Origin: Octopus sinensis
Taxonomy: Eukaryota
DNA: 64,000 nucleotides
Assembly (NCBI RefSeq): GCF_006345805.1
Contig: NC_042998.1
Location: 69,688,001 to 69,752,000 of the forward strand
Direction: 5' to 3'
Part shown: piece by piece, positions 1 through 12,649 of the stretch
How positions within the stretch are numbered: position 1 is the stretch's first letter
Layout: the number at the start of each line of letters is the position of its first letter
Position numbers and translations under genes: made by a program
Notes under the pieces: model-generated
What the model was told of the DNA's origin: nothing
Databases searched by the model: none
What the model saw: the letters and a program-made list of their open reading frames with translations, nothing else

Positions 1-599
1 ATCTTAGAAACATTAGAACTGAGATCCCTCAACTGCTATTTATCTGTGGCAAGTATCCTACCTCAAAATGAAGGCACACATTTGGGTGTTTCTATATTCT
101 ACAAAAAACAGAAAAGTAATTGAAGAGTTTAGTTAGACTGGGAGCGAATAGAGTAAACGATAAATATGTTTACATTGCAATGGATTTTTTTGTTGTTGCA
201 TACATTTATAAATGAATGTCTCTTAGTTACATCAGATATCATGGTTAGAGTGATATCATGGTTATTATGGCTACAGTGTTGATATCATTAGTCGGTATTA
301 CTTTCTGTAAACCATTTAACAGTGGAGTCAGGACATTACCTTATGAGATATAATGCTGTGTGTGTTTGTGTTTGTGTGTGAGTGTGTGTGTGGTGGCATA
401 AATGAATGCATCTCTATATATGGTAGTAGTGGTGATGGTATTGAAATGTAGCTAGGTTAGAAGAAGGGAGTTGTGTTACTGGCATTTCGGACGTGGTGGT
501 CATGGTGATTGTAGTGGTTGTGGTGCGGGACTTAGTGGGGACGACAGGAAGGAGTGGTGGTAGTAGGAGTACTGTGGTTGTTATGCGGTAGTTTTATAC

Positions 600-1060
600 T
601 TAATGATGGATGGTTTGAAATGACAATTAATGATGATTAATGACGACGACTACGATGATGATGATGATGATTAGGATGAAGATTGTGGTGATGATCATGG
701 TTGTATTGTGGATGATGGTGGAGATCTGATAAAAATAAAGATTTTAATCATGATGCTGATGGTGATAATTATTTTGCTAATGATGGTGGTGTTGGCGATG
801 ATGATGATGATGATGATGATGATGATAATAATGATGGTGTGGTGCTGATGATGGCAGGGACGTTGATGATTATGATGATAACGACGACGACGACGATGGT
901 GACAATGGTTTTGGTGATTGAATTGTTGATAATTGTAATGGTGGTGGTGGATGTGGTGGTGGTGGTGATGATGATGATGATGGTAGTAGTGGTAGAGGTG
1001 CTTTTGATGGCGATAGTACTATAATAAGGATGATGACGATGATGATGATGATCAAGATAA
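600..1060. repeat. Degenerate (GAT/GGT)n trinucleotide microsatellite field
   Basis: Runs of gatgatgat and ggtggt are directly visible; the ORFs at 839 and 870 are translations of this repeat. Confidence 0.95.
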
Positions 1061-2113
1061 TAGTGTTAAATGTATTTCATCAGCAACTTTCCGCTACTAA
1101 TTGACTTACTGTGTCGATACGAACAGTGTCTCTCATGAAACTCACCTTTAATCTCTCTCTCTGTCTCTCCTCTCTTTCCTTTCTTTTCCTCCTCCTTCTC
1201 CCTCCCATATCACCACGCTACTCCACAATACTATTAGTAACTTCCGGTTACCAAGACGTCTGCACTTAGTTCAACTCAAATGATGCCCACTGCCATTAAT
1301 CTTCATGACGTAACAAGCTTTCGTCTCGTTTCTCCTGACAGAAAAATTAACTTCAGAAAACTGAATCTCTCGTCAGATTTTCCACATGATTCACTCCACT
1401 CGTCGCCGCCCAGACCACATTTCACCCACACCCTTTTTATCCCCACTGATCCCTACTATTAGTAGTACTATTTAAAGTGTAGTAGCAAAGGTTTTAATGT
1501 GGCGAATATTTGTTTACGATGCACGGTTTTGGTAGTCGTTTCGTTTCCGATTGTATTTAATTGTAGTAAATGTAATGAATATAGTCTGAAGCAGACGACT
1601 GCTTGTAGCATACGTTCACATGCTTGTTACTGACATTTTATTGTAATAAATGCATGATAGTAGCAAATGCTAGATATGTGGTTGTAGCAAATGCTTGAGC
1701 ATAGAAGTCAATTAAAGCTATTTTTATAGTATCCTATTATTAATATGTAAACGTATCCGATTGACATTTGTTGCATGTGGTATCCATCTGACAGATATAC
1801 GACATGCTTTTATGCTAATGTGATTGTAGAATTGCACGAACGTTGCATGTTTGAATGTAAATAGGACTATTTAAGTTCGACATCAAGAGCAGTTTTATCG
1901 ATGTTCTGCTTAATGTTGTTAACTTACGTAATTATTGTAAATACACATTTTGTAGTTGGATGATTGACATCGTGGTTTTTAACCTAATAACCTAATCCGT
2001 TGTCTAGTTTAGCCCCACTACCTGGTAATTGAGGGCAAACGGCAAAGTCCCCCTGTGAAGCAGTTTTCAGATCAGATGCCCTTCCTTATTGCTACTGTAA
2101 CCTATGCGTCATA

Positions 2114-2146
<33 letters not shown>

Positions 2147-2169
2147 ACCTTTATGGGGTGGGGAGCCGG

Positions 2170-2480
2170 TGAAGCCACGTTGGTGTAGTGGCTAGTGTGT
2201 TGCGTTCATAATCGCAATATCGTGGTTTCGATTTCTGGATCGAACGGTGCATTGTGTTCCTGAAAAAAAACAAAAAAACTAACTTCATTTCACGTTGCTC
2301 CAGTTCACTCAGCTGTAAAGTGAGTGACTCTGCGACGGACTGGAATCCCGTTCAGGGGCATTGCTGTGATCCCGATCACTTATACGCCATGGAAATCGGG
2401 TTACCGGCCTTACGAACCCTAGGACTCGAGGCTGTAATGTTCATAGTTAATAATGATGATAGGGATGATGATGGCACTTC
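2170..2480 (+). mobile_element. tRNA-derived SINE, old copy of family S3
   Basis: A-box-like ttggtgtagtggc, B-box-like ggtttcgatt, then ttcacgttgctccagttcactcagctgtaaa, which is shared with the young copies at 41543-41871 and 61974-62307. Confidence 0.75.
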
Positions 2481-2516
2481 GGCCATGTCTGCTTATTAAT
2501 TTTTGGTCTTCGAAAC

Positions 2517-2627
<111 letters not shown>

Positions 2628-3276
2628 GTATCGTCAAACTGGAGACCTTACCTGAATGCTCACAACAAAGTAATTCCCAATAAAGGCACCCAAGGTACTA
2701 AGTGATGTTGTTAAATAGGGCGACGGATTAAGTCTGTCACCAGAGCAGGCCATAGAGGGATTTGAAATCAAAATGCAAAGAACCGAAACAAATACCACAA
2801 GGCGTTCGATCCGATCCACCGCTATGAGTTGGTATTATTTTATAGGCCCTGAAAGGATAAAAGGCAAGGAAGACGTCGACGGGATTTGAACACAGAGCAC
2901 AAAGTGTTGAAAACGAATATCGCATGACGTTCTCTCCCAACACCCTAACGACTTTGATTATTGCGGAAGTATGACTGTATCAGACGTTTTGCTTTTATAG
3001 CTGTTCCTAAGCAGTTATGTTCAGTTGTGATTTGTATTTCTCTGCAGCAAGTGCTTGTAGTAGATTATAAATTGTGGATGTGGGTACATGAAATGTATGA
3101 GAGTGTTGGATTTAAGCTATGATAGTTCATCTGTTTGGTTGTCGCAAATGTTGCTTATGACCAGTAACAGTTACAAGGAATACTCACCAGATAAGTATAA
3201 GTTTAAAGTGGGTTTGATGTGTCTCAGGTGGAAAAGTTCTATACGTTATGAATGCGTGTTCAAGAAAATATTTGCA

Positions 3277-3561
<285 letters not shown>

Positions 3562-3974
3562 CTGACCTACATGTACGGTAACACGTACTACGACGTTTTT
3601 TATTCATACAACACGTACACACACATACACAGTACATACCGTTGTTCTGGTATATTTACGTTAAATAGGAAGAAAGATATTCATAATTTTTGGAAAACTG
3701 CTCATTGTAGAGATGTAGTGTGGATGTATTATAAAAGAAAGAGAAAAAAACCCAGGATCGGATTTTTACAAAACTAGTCTAGGTTCCTTCTGAAATGAGT
3801 TTGTTAGAGAATCAAGCTGTGACAAATTCTGTTGAGACGAAAACGAGGCTAGTTTCGTAAGAATGATTGCATAACAATAACACACCCCACATACGCGCGC
3901 CTATATGTGTGTATGTACGTACGTATGTATGTATGTATGTATGTATGTATGAATATATGTATGTATTTATATAT

Positions 3975-4193
3975 CTTTTATCTTTTACTTGTTTCAGTCA
4001 CTGGACTGCGTCCATGCTGGGGCAACAGTTTGAAGGCTTTTTATTCGAACAAATCGACTGCAGAGCTATTATAATAAGTCTGGAACTTATTCTATTCGTA
4101 ATTTTTCCCGAACCGGCAAGTTATGCGGACGTAAACAAACCAACACCAGTTGTCAATCAATAGTAAGGACAGACACAAGCACAAAGACACACG

Positions 4194-4249
<56 letters not shown>

Positions 4250-4424
4250 CACACATTTATATATATATTCGACGGGCTTCTTTCAGTTTCCGTCTACAAA
4301 ATCCACTCTAAAGCACTTAATCGGTCCGTGGGTTATAGAAGAAATCACATGCCCAAAGTGGCAGGCAGTGAAATTGAACACAAAACCTTGTTTTTGGAAA
4401 GCAAACTGTTTACCACATAGCTAT
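3975..4424 (-). mobile_element. SINE family S1 (tRNA-like head, internal (TA)n/(CA)n microsatellite, conserved tail)
   Basis: Reverse complement of the tail ccagcatgg..cagtc..gactgaaacaagtaaaag and of the head ttgggca.gtg; similar to copies at 18447, 39931, 45985 and 47455. Confidence 0.85.
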
Positions 4425-4800
4425 GCATACGCCTATGTATATTTACATTTATACTTTTATATTTTTATATACACACATGCGCGCTCACACACACACACAC
4501 ACACTCACGCACCCACACTCACGCACACATACGCACACACACACACACACACACAAACGCACTCACGCACCCACACTCACGCACACATACGCACAAACAC
4601 AAACACACACACATACACACACTCACGTATACACACACATTTACATATAAATATGTCTACATATACATATACATACATGTATGTGTCAGTATATATAGAA
4701 ACAATTATACACCCACTTACAAAAAAATATGCGTGTTTATGTATATATCTACGTGCATGTGTGTATCTGTGTATGCATGTGTATGTGTTTCTATGTCTGT
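4425..4800. repeat. (CA)n/(TA)n compound microsatellite
   Basis: Directly visible dinucleotide arrays. Confidence 0.9.
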
Positions 4801-5089
4801 ACGCAATTATCGCCAACGTGACAAAATTCGGTGACATTACTGGCAAGAGAAGTTTTTTTCCTCTCTCCCTTATCACGCCCCTCTTCCACCTCTCACTCTC
4901 TGGCTGAACTGATGTAATGCTTTAGGTAATGGATGCGGTAGGTGGCGCTTCGTGTTAAAAAATATTATCGATTCAGCTAATCAGAGACGATCGATCTTAT
5001 CTATCGATTAGATTGGTCGCTGCTGCGACCTAGTTTATATATCTCAGGTGTGAAAACGATGTTGTGCAATGGTGTATCTCACCTACTCA

Positions 5090-5470
5090 CTCTTACTCTC
5101 TCACTCATTAACTCACTCATTCACTCACTGATACCCTTTTGCGAACAGTCTCTCATTCATACACATACTCAGTCACTCATCGATCTACCCATTCATTGTT
5201 TGTCTAATTCTAACTCATCTACCACTCACTCACTCACTCATTGGCTCACTCACTTACTCACTCACTCATTCACACAACGTATCATTATTTCACTTAACTT
5301 TTCACTCAATTACTCGTTCAAAGCCCTTCACTACTTCATTAATTCTTCACTCAGTCAACCACTCACTTATACTCTCACAACTATCTTTGTCTCTTTCTCT
5401 CTCTTTTTCACTCAATCACACACCCAATCACCTACGTTTTCACTCCCTGAATAAATCACCCATACTCACA
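5090..5470. repeat. Degenerate (CACT/CATT)n tetranucleotide array
   Basis: Repeated cactcactca/ctcatt units. Confidence 0.85.
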
Positions 5471-6315
5471 TTCGATCAATAATAATAATTCTCTCTCAAA
5501 GACACAATAACACAAATACTAGGTGTGGAGGGGGTTCAACAATAGAGTTCGTGTCCAAAACGGGCAATGTCTTCACAATCAAAGACGTTCGATCAATGAC
5601 CGTCACGTCTTTTAAACAGACAGTGTATGTGTTCCACTCGTGTTTGAAAGGCAACACAGTAGGATTTCTGGGAGATTTGGTTACTGTTTTTAGTAGACTA
5701 CGCAAAAATTCCGTCGTTGGTTCGATCCATCAGGAAGTGATACTCCAAGATCATTAAAGGAGTTTGGTACTCATTGCTGCTTCATAGCTTTAAGAAAGCC
5801 AAAGCAATCACGGAATGAGACAATATGGTGCGGCCGTTTGGATGCTGGCGATTTGGCATGGCTGACTGGACAGAGAATCTGTTTTGGTGAGAGCACTTTT
5901 TAGCACGGGAGGCAAACACACACATACGCGCGCGCACACACGCACACGCACACACACACAAATACATGCACACTCGCATAGAAATATGCGCATACAGTTG
6001 AGTTTGTGTGTATGTGTGTGAGGTTCATCAGACTTTCTGTCTATTTGACTGTCTGTCACTGTCAATCTCTCTCTCTATCTATATATAGAGAGAAGAGAGT
6101 GGGAGAAAGAGAGGAGAGACGGAGAGAGAGAGAAAGAGGGAGAGAGAGAAAGAGGGAGAGAGAGAAAGAGAAAGAGAATGAAAGAGATTGACAGAGAGAG
6201 AAAGAAAGAAAGAGGGGTGTGATATAGAAAGAGAGATATAGAGAAAGATGGAAAGACTTTAATTAATTGAACACAGCTGACATAAACGCTTACACGCACA
6301 AAACGAGAGAGCGAC

Positions 6316-6346
<31 letters not shown>

Positions 6347-7047
6347 GAGGAAGAGAGAGAGAGAGAGGAAGAGAGGGAAATTAGGAGAAACATAACGCCT
6401 GATAACAAAATAATTCAAAGTCAAATCAGTGACGCAAAATTGGGGGCGCCAAAACGGCTGTGCCAAAACGCCTCATACTCAACCAGTCAGATACACCCGC
6501 TGTTGAAGAAAGCTTCTTTAACACTCAATCATAGTTTTGGGTGTTTATTCACCAACCTACACTTACTCAAATCCATTCGCCCAATCCAAATTATGCAATC
6601 TGTTGCATTTCGTAACGTTTGCCTTAGAGCAAAGTTTACATTGCTGCCAATATCTTCTCTTCAAGATAAAAGCTTGTTGTTGTGTTATTGATGATTGCTT
6701 CTGCTATACCTACCATCTGACCACCACCACCATCGTCGCCACCATCATCGTCGCTACACCACTACCACCTCTCCACCAACGCCATCATCGTCACCACCAC
6801 CACCACCGCCACCACACCCGTTGCCACCACAACCCTCATATCATCATCATCATCATCATCATCATCAGCAGCAACAATATCAATAATAACAGCAATAACA
6901 ACGATGACAATAACCAAAGCAGCAAACATCTCGCGGTTTGTTCTTTAGTTCAGCTGAAATATGGTATAACCAAAATTGTTGAAATTGTGGATAGAACCTA
7001 ATTATTCTACTGAGTAGGCCTGATCAATGGAGTATACCGAGGCCTGT

Positions 7048-7078
<31 letters not shown>

Positions 7079-7193
7079 GCCACCATCAACATACAAGAAC
7101 AACATTTATTTTTAAACGAAGGCTTGTGATAAAACTATAAGACAAGTAACGTGTATGTAGCTATGGTTGACACGTAGGTATGTATATATGTAT

Positions 7194-7302
7194 GTTATTA
7201 TTCAGTTTATTTCAAGATTTCCCGCCAATAGAGAAAGAACTGGTTTCTACCCTAGATCCAAGGCTCCTTCATCGGAATTTCAACATCACAACAAGGTATT
7301 TT
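7194..7302 (-). mobile_element. Isolated 3'-terminal ~110 bp segment of the (TACA)n-associated RLE LINE
   Basis: Similar to 10079-10185 and 37353-37463; followed on the element strand by acatacatatatacatac. Confidence 0.8.
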
Positions 7303-7430
7303 TGTTTCATGTTCGGATGCCTTCTACTCAACTCGACTCCGACTGCTACTACTCTCCACGTCTAGACTTCTCCCTCTATATCTACATATTGGGCTAGCCT
7401 ACTTCATCGTCTGGGGGCATCCACACAACA
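7303..7430 (-). repeat. 3' LTR of the gypsy element
   Basis: Direct repeat of 9934-10066, preceded on the minus strand by the PPT aaaggggggagg. The left end has a small deletion. Confidence 0.9.
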
Positions 7431-7470
7431 CCTCCCCCCTTTGAGTTTTTTAAACCCGAATTTATCCATT

Positions 7471-9284
7471 TTATTTCCTCGGTGAGAAACTGGCATATCT
7501 TTTTCTCTTAGCGTTAATTTCCATCATATATGTTGGTTTTCTCTTCCTGTTTGACCTACGTGTCGGTTCTGCTTTTGCTTGTGGTTCTGGGACCTCGAAC
7601 ACTTTTTCTTGTGGTTCTGGGACCTCGAACACTTTTTCTTGTGGTTCTGGAACCTCGAACACTTTTGCTTGTGGTTCTGGAACCTGGAACAAATTATACC
7701 ATAAATCCATTGGTTCTTCTCGCCTCACTTGATTTTTGGTATATCTTTTTTTAAATTGGTTTAAATGCCTTCTGTGTTCATACTTTGGTCCTTTTACCAT
7801 GTACAACACGTTACCCAGACGTCCAGTTATACTTCCTTGTTCCCAGTCCTGTTTTCCGTTACTATATATTTTAAAATACACTTTGTCACCTATGTTAAAA
7901 AATTCGCTTTTCTTCCCGAATGTTCTATTTTCTGTTTCCTACTCAGCAACCATTTGTCAAAAATAGAACGAATTTTTCTGGAAAACATCAAATCTGCGGG
8001 TGACCTACCCAACTCTGCATTTGGATTCGGTGTTATTCTATACACCTGCAAAAACTTTGTCATATTTGTATCTCCAAAGTTTTCCCGTCTGGTCTTCTTT
8101 AAAGTTCTCTTGAATGTGTCGACGAATCATTCCGCTTACCCATTTGACCTTGGATGGTGTGGCGGAGTTAACACATGCTTCATCTGAACCGACTTACAGA
8201 ATCTTTCGAACTCCTTCGCCGTGAGTTGTGTACCATTATCTGGCACTCCATAACGAGCGAACAGTTCTTCCAAGAAGTCAATAGTCACACTTGTGGTTTA
8301 CCTTGAACATTTACACACTTCAGGCTATTTGGAATAGCTATCCCCCACAATGATATAATGAGAGCCATTTATTGGTCCTGCGAAATCCATATGTAGTCTA
8401 GACATGCCGAATCCGTTTTTGGCCACGGCTGAATCTGCACTTGGGACGCCTTTGCTGCCATAGCGCACCCCCTACGCTGTTTTACCAGTCTCTCAATTTG
8501 CTTGTCCATATTCGGCCAATAAACGTAACTTCTCATAAGGTTCTTCATCCGGACAATCCCCGGATGTCCTACATAAAAGTCTTTTAATACTCTGTTTTGC
8601 AGTGCTTCAGGTATTACCACTCTTTGTGCATATAATAATACCTCATTACATACTGAATAGTGCTTTGAACCTGCGTCCAGCTCATTTATATTTTTCGTGT
8701 TATTCAACATTTTAAAAATCTTATTTATGAACCTATCATTTCCCGATTTCAATTTAATTTCTTCCAGCGTTACCGGCTAATCACGTACTATATTGCACAA
8801 ATTGTTCTTCAGTTCCATTTCTAGTTTTAACGATGCAATCACCGTGCAATGGATTCCTCATATTTTGGAATTAGCCTAGACAACCCGTCTGCATGTCCCA
8901 TTTTCATTGATGGCAAAAGCTCCATCTGGAAATCGTAGTTCAACAGAGTAGTCCCCCAGCGCTGTAAGCGGTTTGCTGAGTGCGTTGGGATACCCTTTTT
9001 TTAACCAAAAATAGACAATAACGGTCGGTGATCCGTTTGCAGTGTAAACTTCCTCCCATGTAAGAATTTATAGAAATTTTTACTGCGACGATTAATGATA
9101 ACGCCTCTTTTTCAATCTGGTTGTAGTTTCTTTCCACTGGTAATAGAACTCTCGATGCATGTGCAATAGCTTTGATTTTGCCATCTTTAAATTTATGCAA
9201 TATCACAGCTCCAATACCATATTCACTGGCATCCGATGCCACAATTATTTTCAGATTTGGGTCGAAATGAGTTAACTTTAATTT
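7471..9284 (-). pseudogene. pol: pol remnant: RNase H and integrase; protease and RT missing
   Basis: LTHFDPNLKIIVASDASEYGIGAV...ASRVL...NYNQIEKEAL (RNase H); GHPGIVRMKNLMRSYVYWPNMDKQIE (integrase zinc finger); PPHHPRSNG (core). Several stops and frameshifts. Confidence 0.92.
7572..7691 (-). repeat. In-frame 30 bp tandem repeat x4 in the integrase C-terminal tail
   Basis: Unit cttttgcttgtggttctgggacctcgaaca, translating as VFEVPEPQ(E/A)K. Confidence 0.93.
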
Positions 9285-9890
9285 TTCTAATTTCCGCGTC
9301 TTCCGTTGCCACTAGCCCTTTAACGAATATTAAGCACTTGAACACATCTGGCGTTAATTCTTCCAGCTTAAACCTTTCGCAAGCCTTATTAACTATACCG
9401 GCATATGTTACAAAATCATCGGACTCGTTTTTCTTTAAATTTAAACATTCCCATCGAATGTTAAACTGCGAACTTTCTCGCTAAAAATATTAGTAAAAAT
9501 ATTTATCGTTTCATCAAAACACAATTCCGCGGGCTTTCTCGGCAAAATAAAGTTACAAAATCTTTCGTGTACCGGAGTAGCAAGCTTTCGCAAAAGGAGC
9601 CTTACCTTCCTTTCACTAGTCAATCCCTTACATTCCTCTCGGAATATGTCTTCGTATCGTCTGTAATATGCAGCAAAGGTAGTTCCTTCTTTCGGATTGT
9701 AGTGAAATTCTTCGATGGAATTTGCAACATCATCTGCTGAAAATGATTCTGTCGTATTTCTCGACTGCAGTAACAATTCTGTTAGTATCTGTAGTTGCTG
9801 CTGCTGCTGCTCTTGTTGTTTTACAACTGCTTTCAGTAACTCTTCCATTTCGGTACTATTCGAAACATGGTCGTCACTGTTATATCGCAA
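9285..9890 (-). pseudogene. gag: gag remnant of the gypsy element, frameshifted and truncated
   Basis: EEFHYNPKEGTTFAAYYRRYEDIF...KVRLLLRKL...FCNFILPRKP, then CLNLKKNESDDFVTYAGIVNKACERFKL...FKCLIFVKGL; this is the typical Mag/Cer-like gag pattern. Confidence 0.88.
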
Positions 9891-9919
9891 TACTACACAG
9901 TGGCTGTGTGAGCTACGAA

Positions 9920-9932
9920 ATCCTCGTCGCTA
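9920..9932 (-). other. Primer-binding site, probably for tRNA-Ser(GCU)
   Basis: The minus strand reads TAGCGACGAGGAT one base after the LTR. This differs by one base from TGGCGACGAGGAT, the complement of the metazoan tRNA-Ser(GCU) 3' end as I recall it (not looked up). Confidence 0.65.
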
Positions 9933-9933
9933 C

Positions 9934-10066
9934 TGTTATGTCGCACGTTCGGATGCTTTCTACTCAACTCGACTCCAACTGCTACTACTCTCCACGTCTA
10001 GACTTCTCCCTCTATATTTACGTATTGGGCTAGTCTACCTCCTCGTCTGGGGGCGTCCACACAACA
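9934..10066 (-). repeat. 5' LTR of the gypsy element (133 bp)
   Basis: TGTT...AACA termini; direct repeat of 7303-7430; adjacent to the PBS. Confidence 0.92.
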
Positions 10067-11472
10067 GTTTGTATGTCGTTATTCAGTTTATTTCAAGATT
10101 TCCTGCCAATAGAGAAAGAACCAGTTTTTAACCTAGACCCAATGCTCCTTCATTGAAACTTCAACATCAACAAGAGGGTATTTTTGTGTGCGTGTGTGTA
10201 TGTATGTATGTATGTATGTATGTATGTATGTATGTATGTATGTATGTATGTGCAGATTTGTATGTTTTATGTATGTATTCTCATGCATATAGTTGTATAT
10301 TTAGACATGCTTATATGTATTTGAATGATAAACTTCTGGAAAGTTTTACAGATTTTTACATTTCAGTGATGGATTGGATCCGTAGTCTTCGAATTAACTT
10401 TCTCCTTTCTGGTTTTGCGAAGCCTAATTTCTGAAGATTGGCATTTAGGCAGTGTGATACATATGCCAGGGACTCAATAATTACAGGTATAAACGTGAAC
10501 TTGTAATCTGGATAGAGTAACTGCAGATTTCTCAATACTTCAGCATGTGTGTTCTCCTTTTCACTGATCTTCAGCTTTATGTTAACATCGGCTGGACAGC
10601 TAATTTCCACAACTGTGCACAGTTTCTCTTCTCTATCCCAAATCATTACATCAGGTCTGTTGTGCTTACATTTTATTGGTGTTGTTACTGGTACATTCCA
10701 CCAGTATTTCTTTCTATTATGTTGGCTATGACTTCTATCATATTGTGGGTTCTTATTTCTTTGTTATCGGAATTATCCTTCCGACGGATTTCGTTATAAA
10801 GTATCCTAGCTACAACATCATTTTTCATCGGTAGATAATACCGTAATGGCATTTTCGGACAACTGCGTATGATGTGGGTGATATCTTAAGCGTGAATTCC
10901 ACAAAGTCTGCATCGGTTGTCACATTTTTCGGCTTTTCTTGTATCTCCATCCCTTTTGTGCATCAGGTAATTGGTTGATATATCCTATTCCTGGTTTGCA
11001 AACGCATACCCGTCAAAGTGGGAGATGGTAATCCGGCTATTGGTCCATGATAAACTGCTTTGATGATCGATGTTACTATCGTCGCGGAGCTTTCTACTGA
11101 CATATCCATGCATAGTCTTCTGCTCATATAGGCCGATCCATTCATCTGATGATACGTTGCGGTAGAGTCGTGCGACTTCTTTGGGTATACATTCTAGGTT
11201 ATCAAACGAAGAGTGTTGTTCAACGAGCTGCCTTCCAAGTCTTATGATGTTATCAGCCTCATGTATGCAAACTTGGTCACGGGATGCACTTCGACACTTG
11301 GTGGTTAAAAGATGTTGCCGAAGGAATATGATGCAGCATTCAAAGGCATTTTGGATCGATGTTAAACCTCTGCCGCCTTGTTTTCGTTTTAGGTAGAAGC
11401 GGTCTACGTCACTGTTTATGTGGAAATTATGTGTGCTTGTTAGTATTCTTCGGGTTTTCACATCAGTGGCTC
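10067..11472 (-). mobile_element. 5'-truncated R4/Dong-type (RLE) LINE, family A, flanked by (TACA)n
   Basis: DVDRFYLKRKQGGRGL; CCHC CRLCG...ITHIIRSCP; REL motif HNRPDVMIWDREEKLCTVVEISCPAD; IPVII. The 3' UTR has an internal (TACA)n. (TATG/CATG)n lies at the 5' junction. Confidence 0.9.
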
Positions 11473-11600
11473 AGGTATGTATGCATGTATGTATGCATGA
11501 ATGCATGCACGCCTGTATGTGTGTGCTTGTTTGTCTAACTTCTGTCTGCCAATCTATTCACCCATCTCTCTTTATACCTATCAAGACATTCATCCATCTA

Positions 11601-11657
<57 letters not shown>

Positions 11658-11659
<2 letters not shown>

Positions 11660-12317
11660 CCTTCCTTCAAACGGGAAGGAAGAGCTATTTTCATCATCCT
11701 TGTGGCTATGGCGAAAGAATGTATCTGGTGGACGCGTCTGAAAGGATTGGAGACAAACACTTTCCTCTCTGGTCAATCTCTCATCAACTTCTTCAAGTAC
11801 CACTTGAAAAGGAAAGTGAGAGTAGAGAGGCAAGTTTTGTCTAGCGAATGTTTTAAAAAAAGATGGGTGAATGTAGCAAGAATGGCACGTATGAATGACG
11901 AAGCCACCTTGAGCATAGTCCTATGAACCCAGAAATCGAAAACAGAGAGTTGCTTATTTGCAAAAAAAAAAAAAAAAAAAAGAAATATAAAATGTGACTT
12001 CATTGACCGAGGTTACCGTGGTCTTTTCCGCAGGCTTTTCTTTCCACGGGTAAACCTCACCTGTCCTCCCCTTTACACTTCATATTGACATTTCTGTGAT
12101 AACGATCCCTATTGATCATTTCCCCCCCCCCTTTTTTTTTTTAAATTTTTTTTTAACCCCCCTTATTTTTGTCCTCTTTCTCTCCTTTTACGATCCCTTT
12201 TGATCGAACCTCCCCCTTCCTTTTTTTTTTTTTTTTTTTTTTAATACCTTCAAAAGAAAAGCTCTACCTTGTAATTTGTTCTATCTGTGTGCAGCCCTGT
12301 GTGGCTAATAAAGAAAC
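11658..12317 (+). mobile_element. 5'-truncated Tx1/L1-clade LINE (ORF2 C-terminus and 3' UTR) inside (TATC)n
   Basis: FKREGRAIFIILVAMAKECIWWTRLKGLETN...FFKYHLKRKVRVER...KRW resembles the L1/Tx1 ORF2 end. AATAAA at 12307-12312. The 3' end is shared with the RT-bearing copy at 3375. Confidence 0.78.
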
Positions 12318-12318
12318 A

Positions 12319-12355
<37 letters not shown>

Positions 12356-12413
12356 GTCTGTCTGTCTGTCGGTCTACATACCTACCTACCTACCTACCTA
12401 CCTACCTACCTAC

Positions 12414-12460
<47 letters not shown>

Positions 12461-12570
12461 CCTACCTACCTACCTACTATCTATCTATCTATCTATCTAT
12501 CTATATCTATCTACCTACCTACCTATCTATCTATCTATCTATATATCTATCTACCTACCTACCTACCTAC

Positions 12571-12649
<79 letters not shown>

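Larger units (their letters stand above)
7303..10066 (-). mobile_element. Ty3/gypsy LTR retrotransposon (Mag-like), internally deleted and decayed, ~2.76 kb
   Basis: LTR 9934-10066 (TGTT...AACA) and LTR ~7303-7430 with 9 mismatches in ~123 aligned bp. PBS tagcgacgaggat at 9920-9932. Polypurine tract at 7431-7445. Remnants of gag, RNase H and integrase lie between. Confidence 0.93.
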
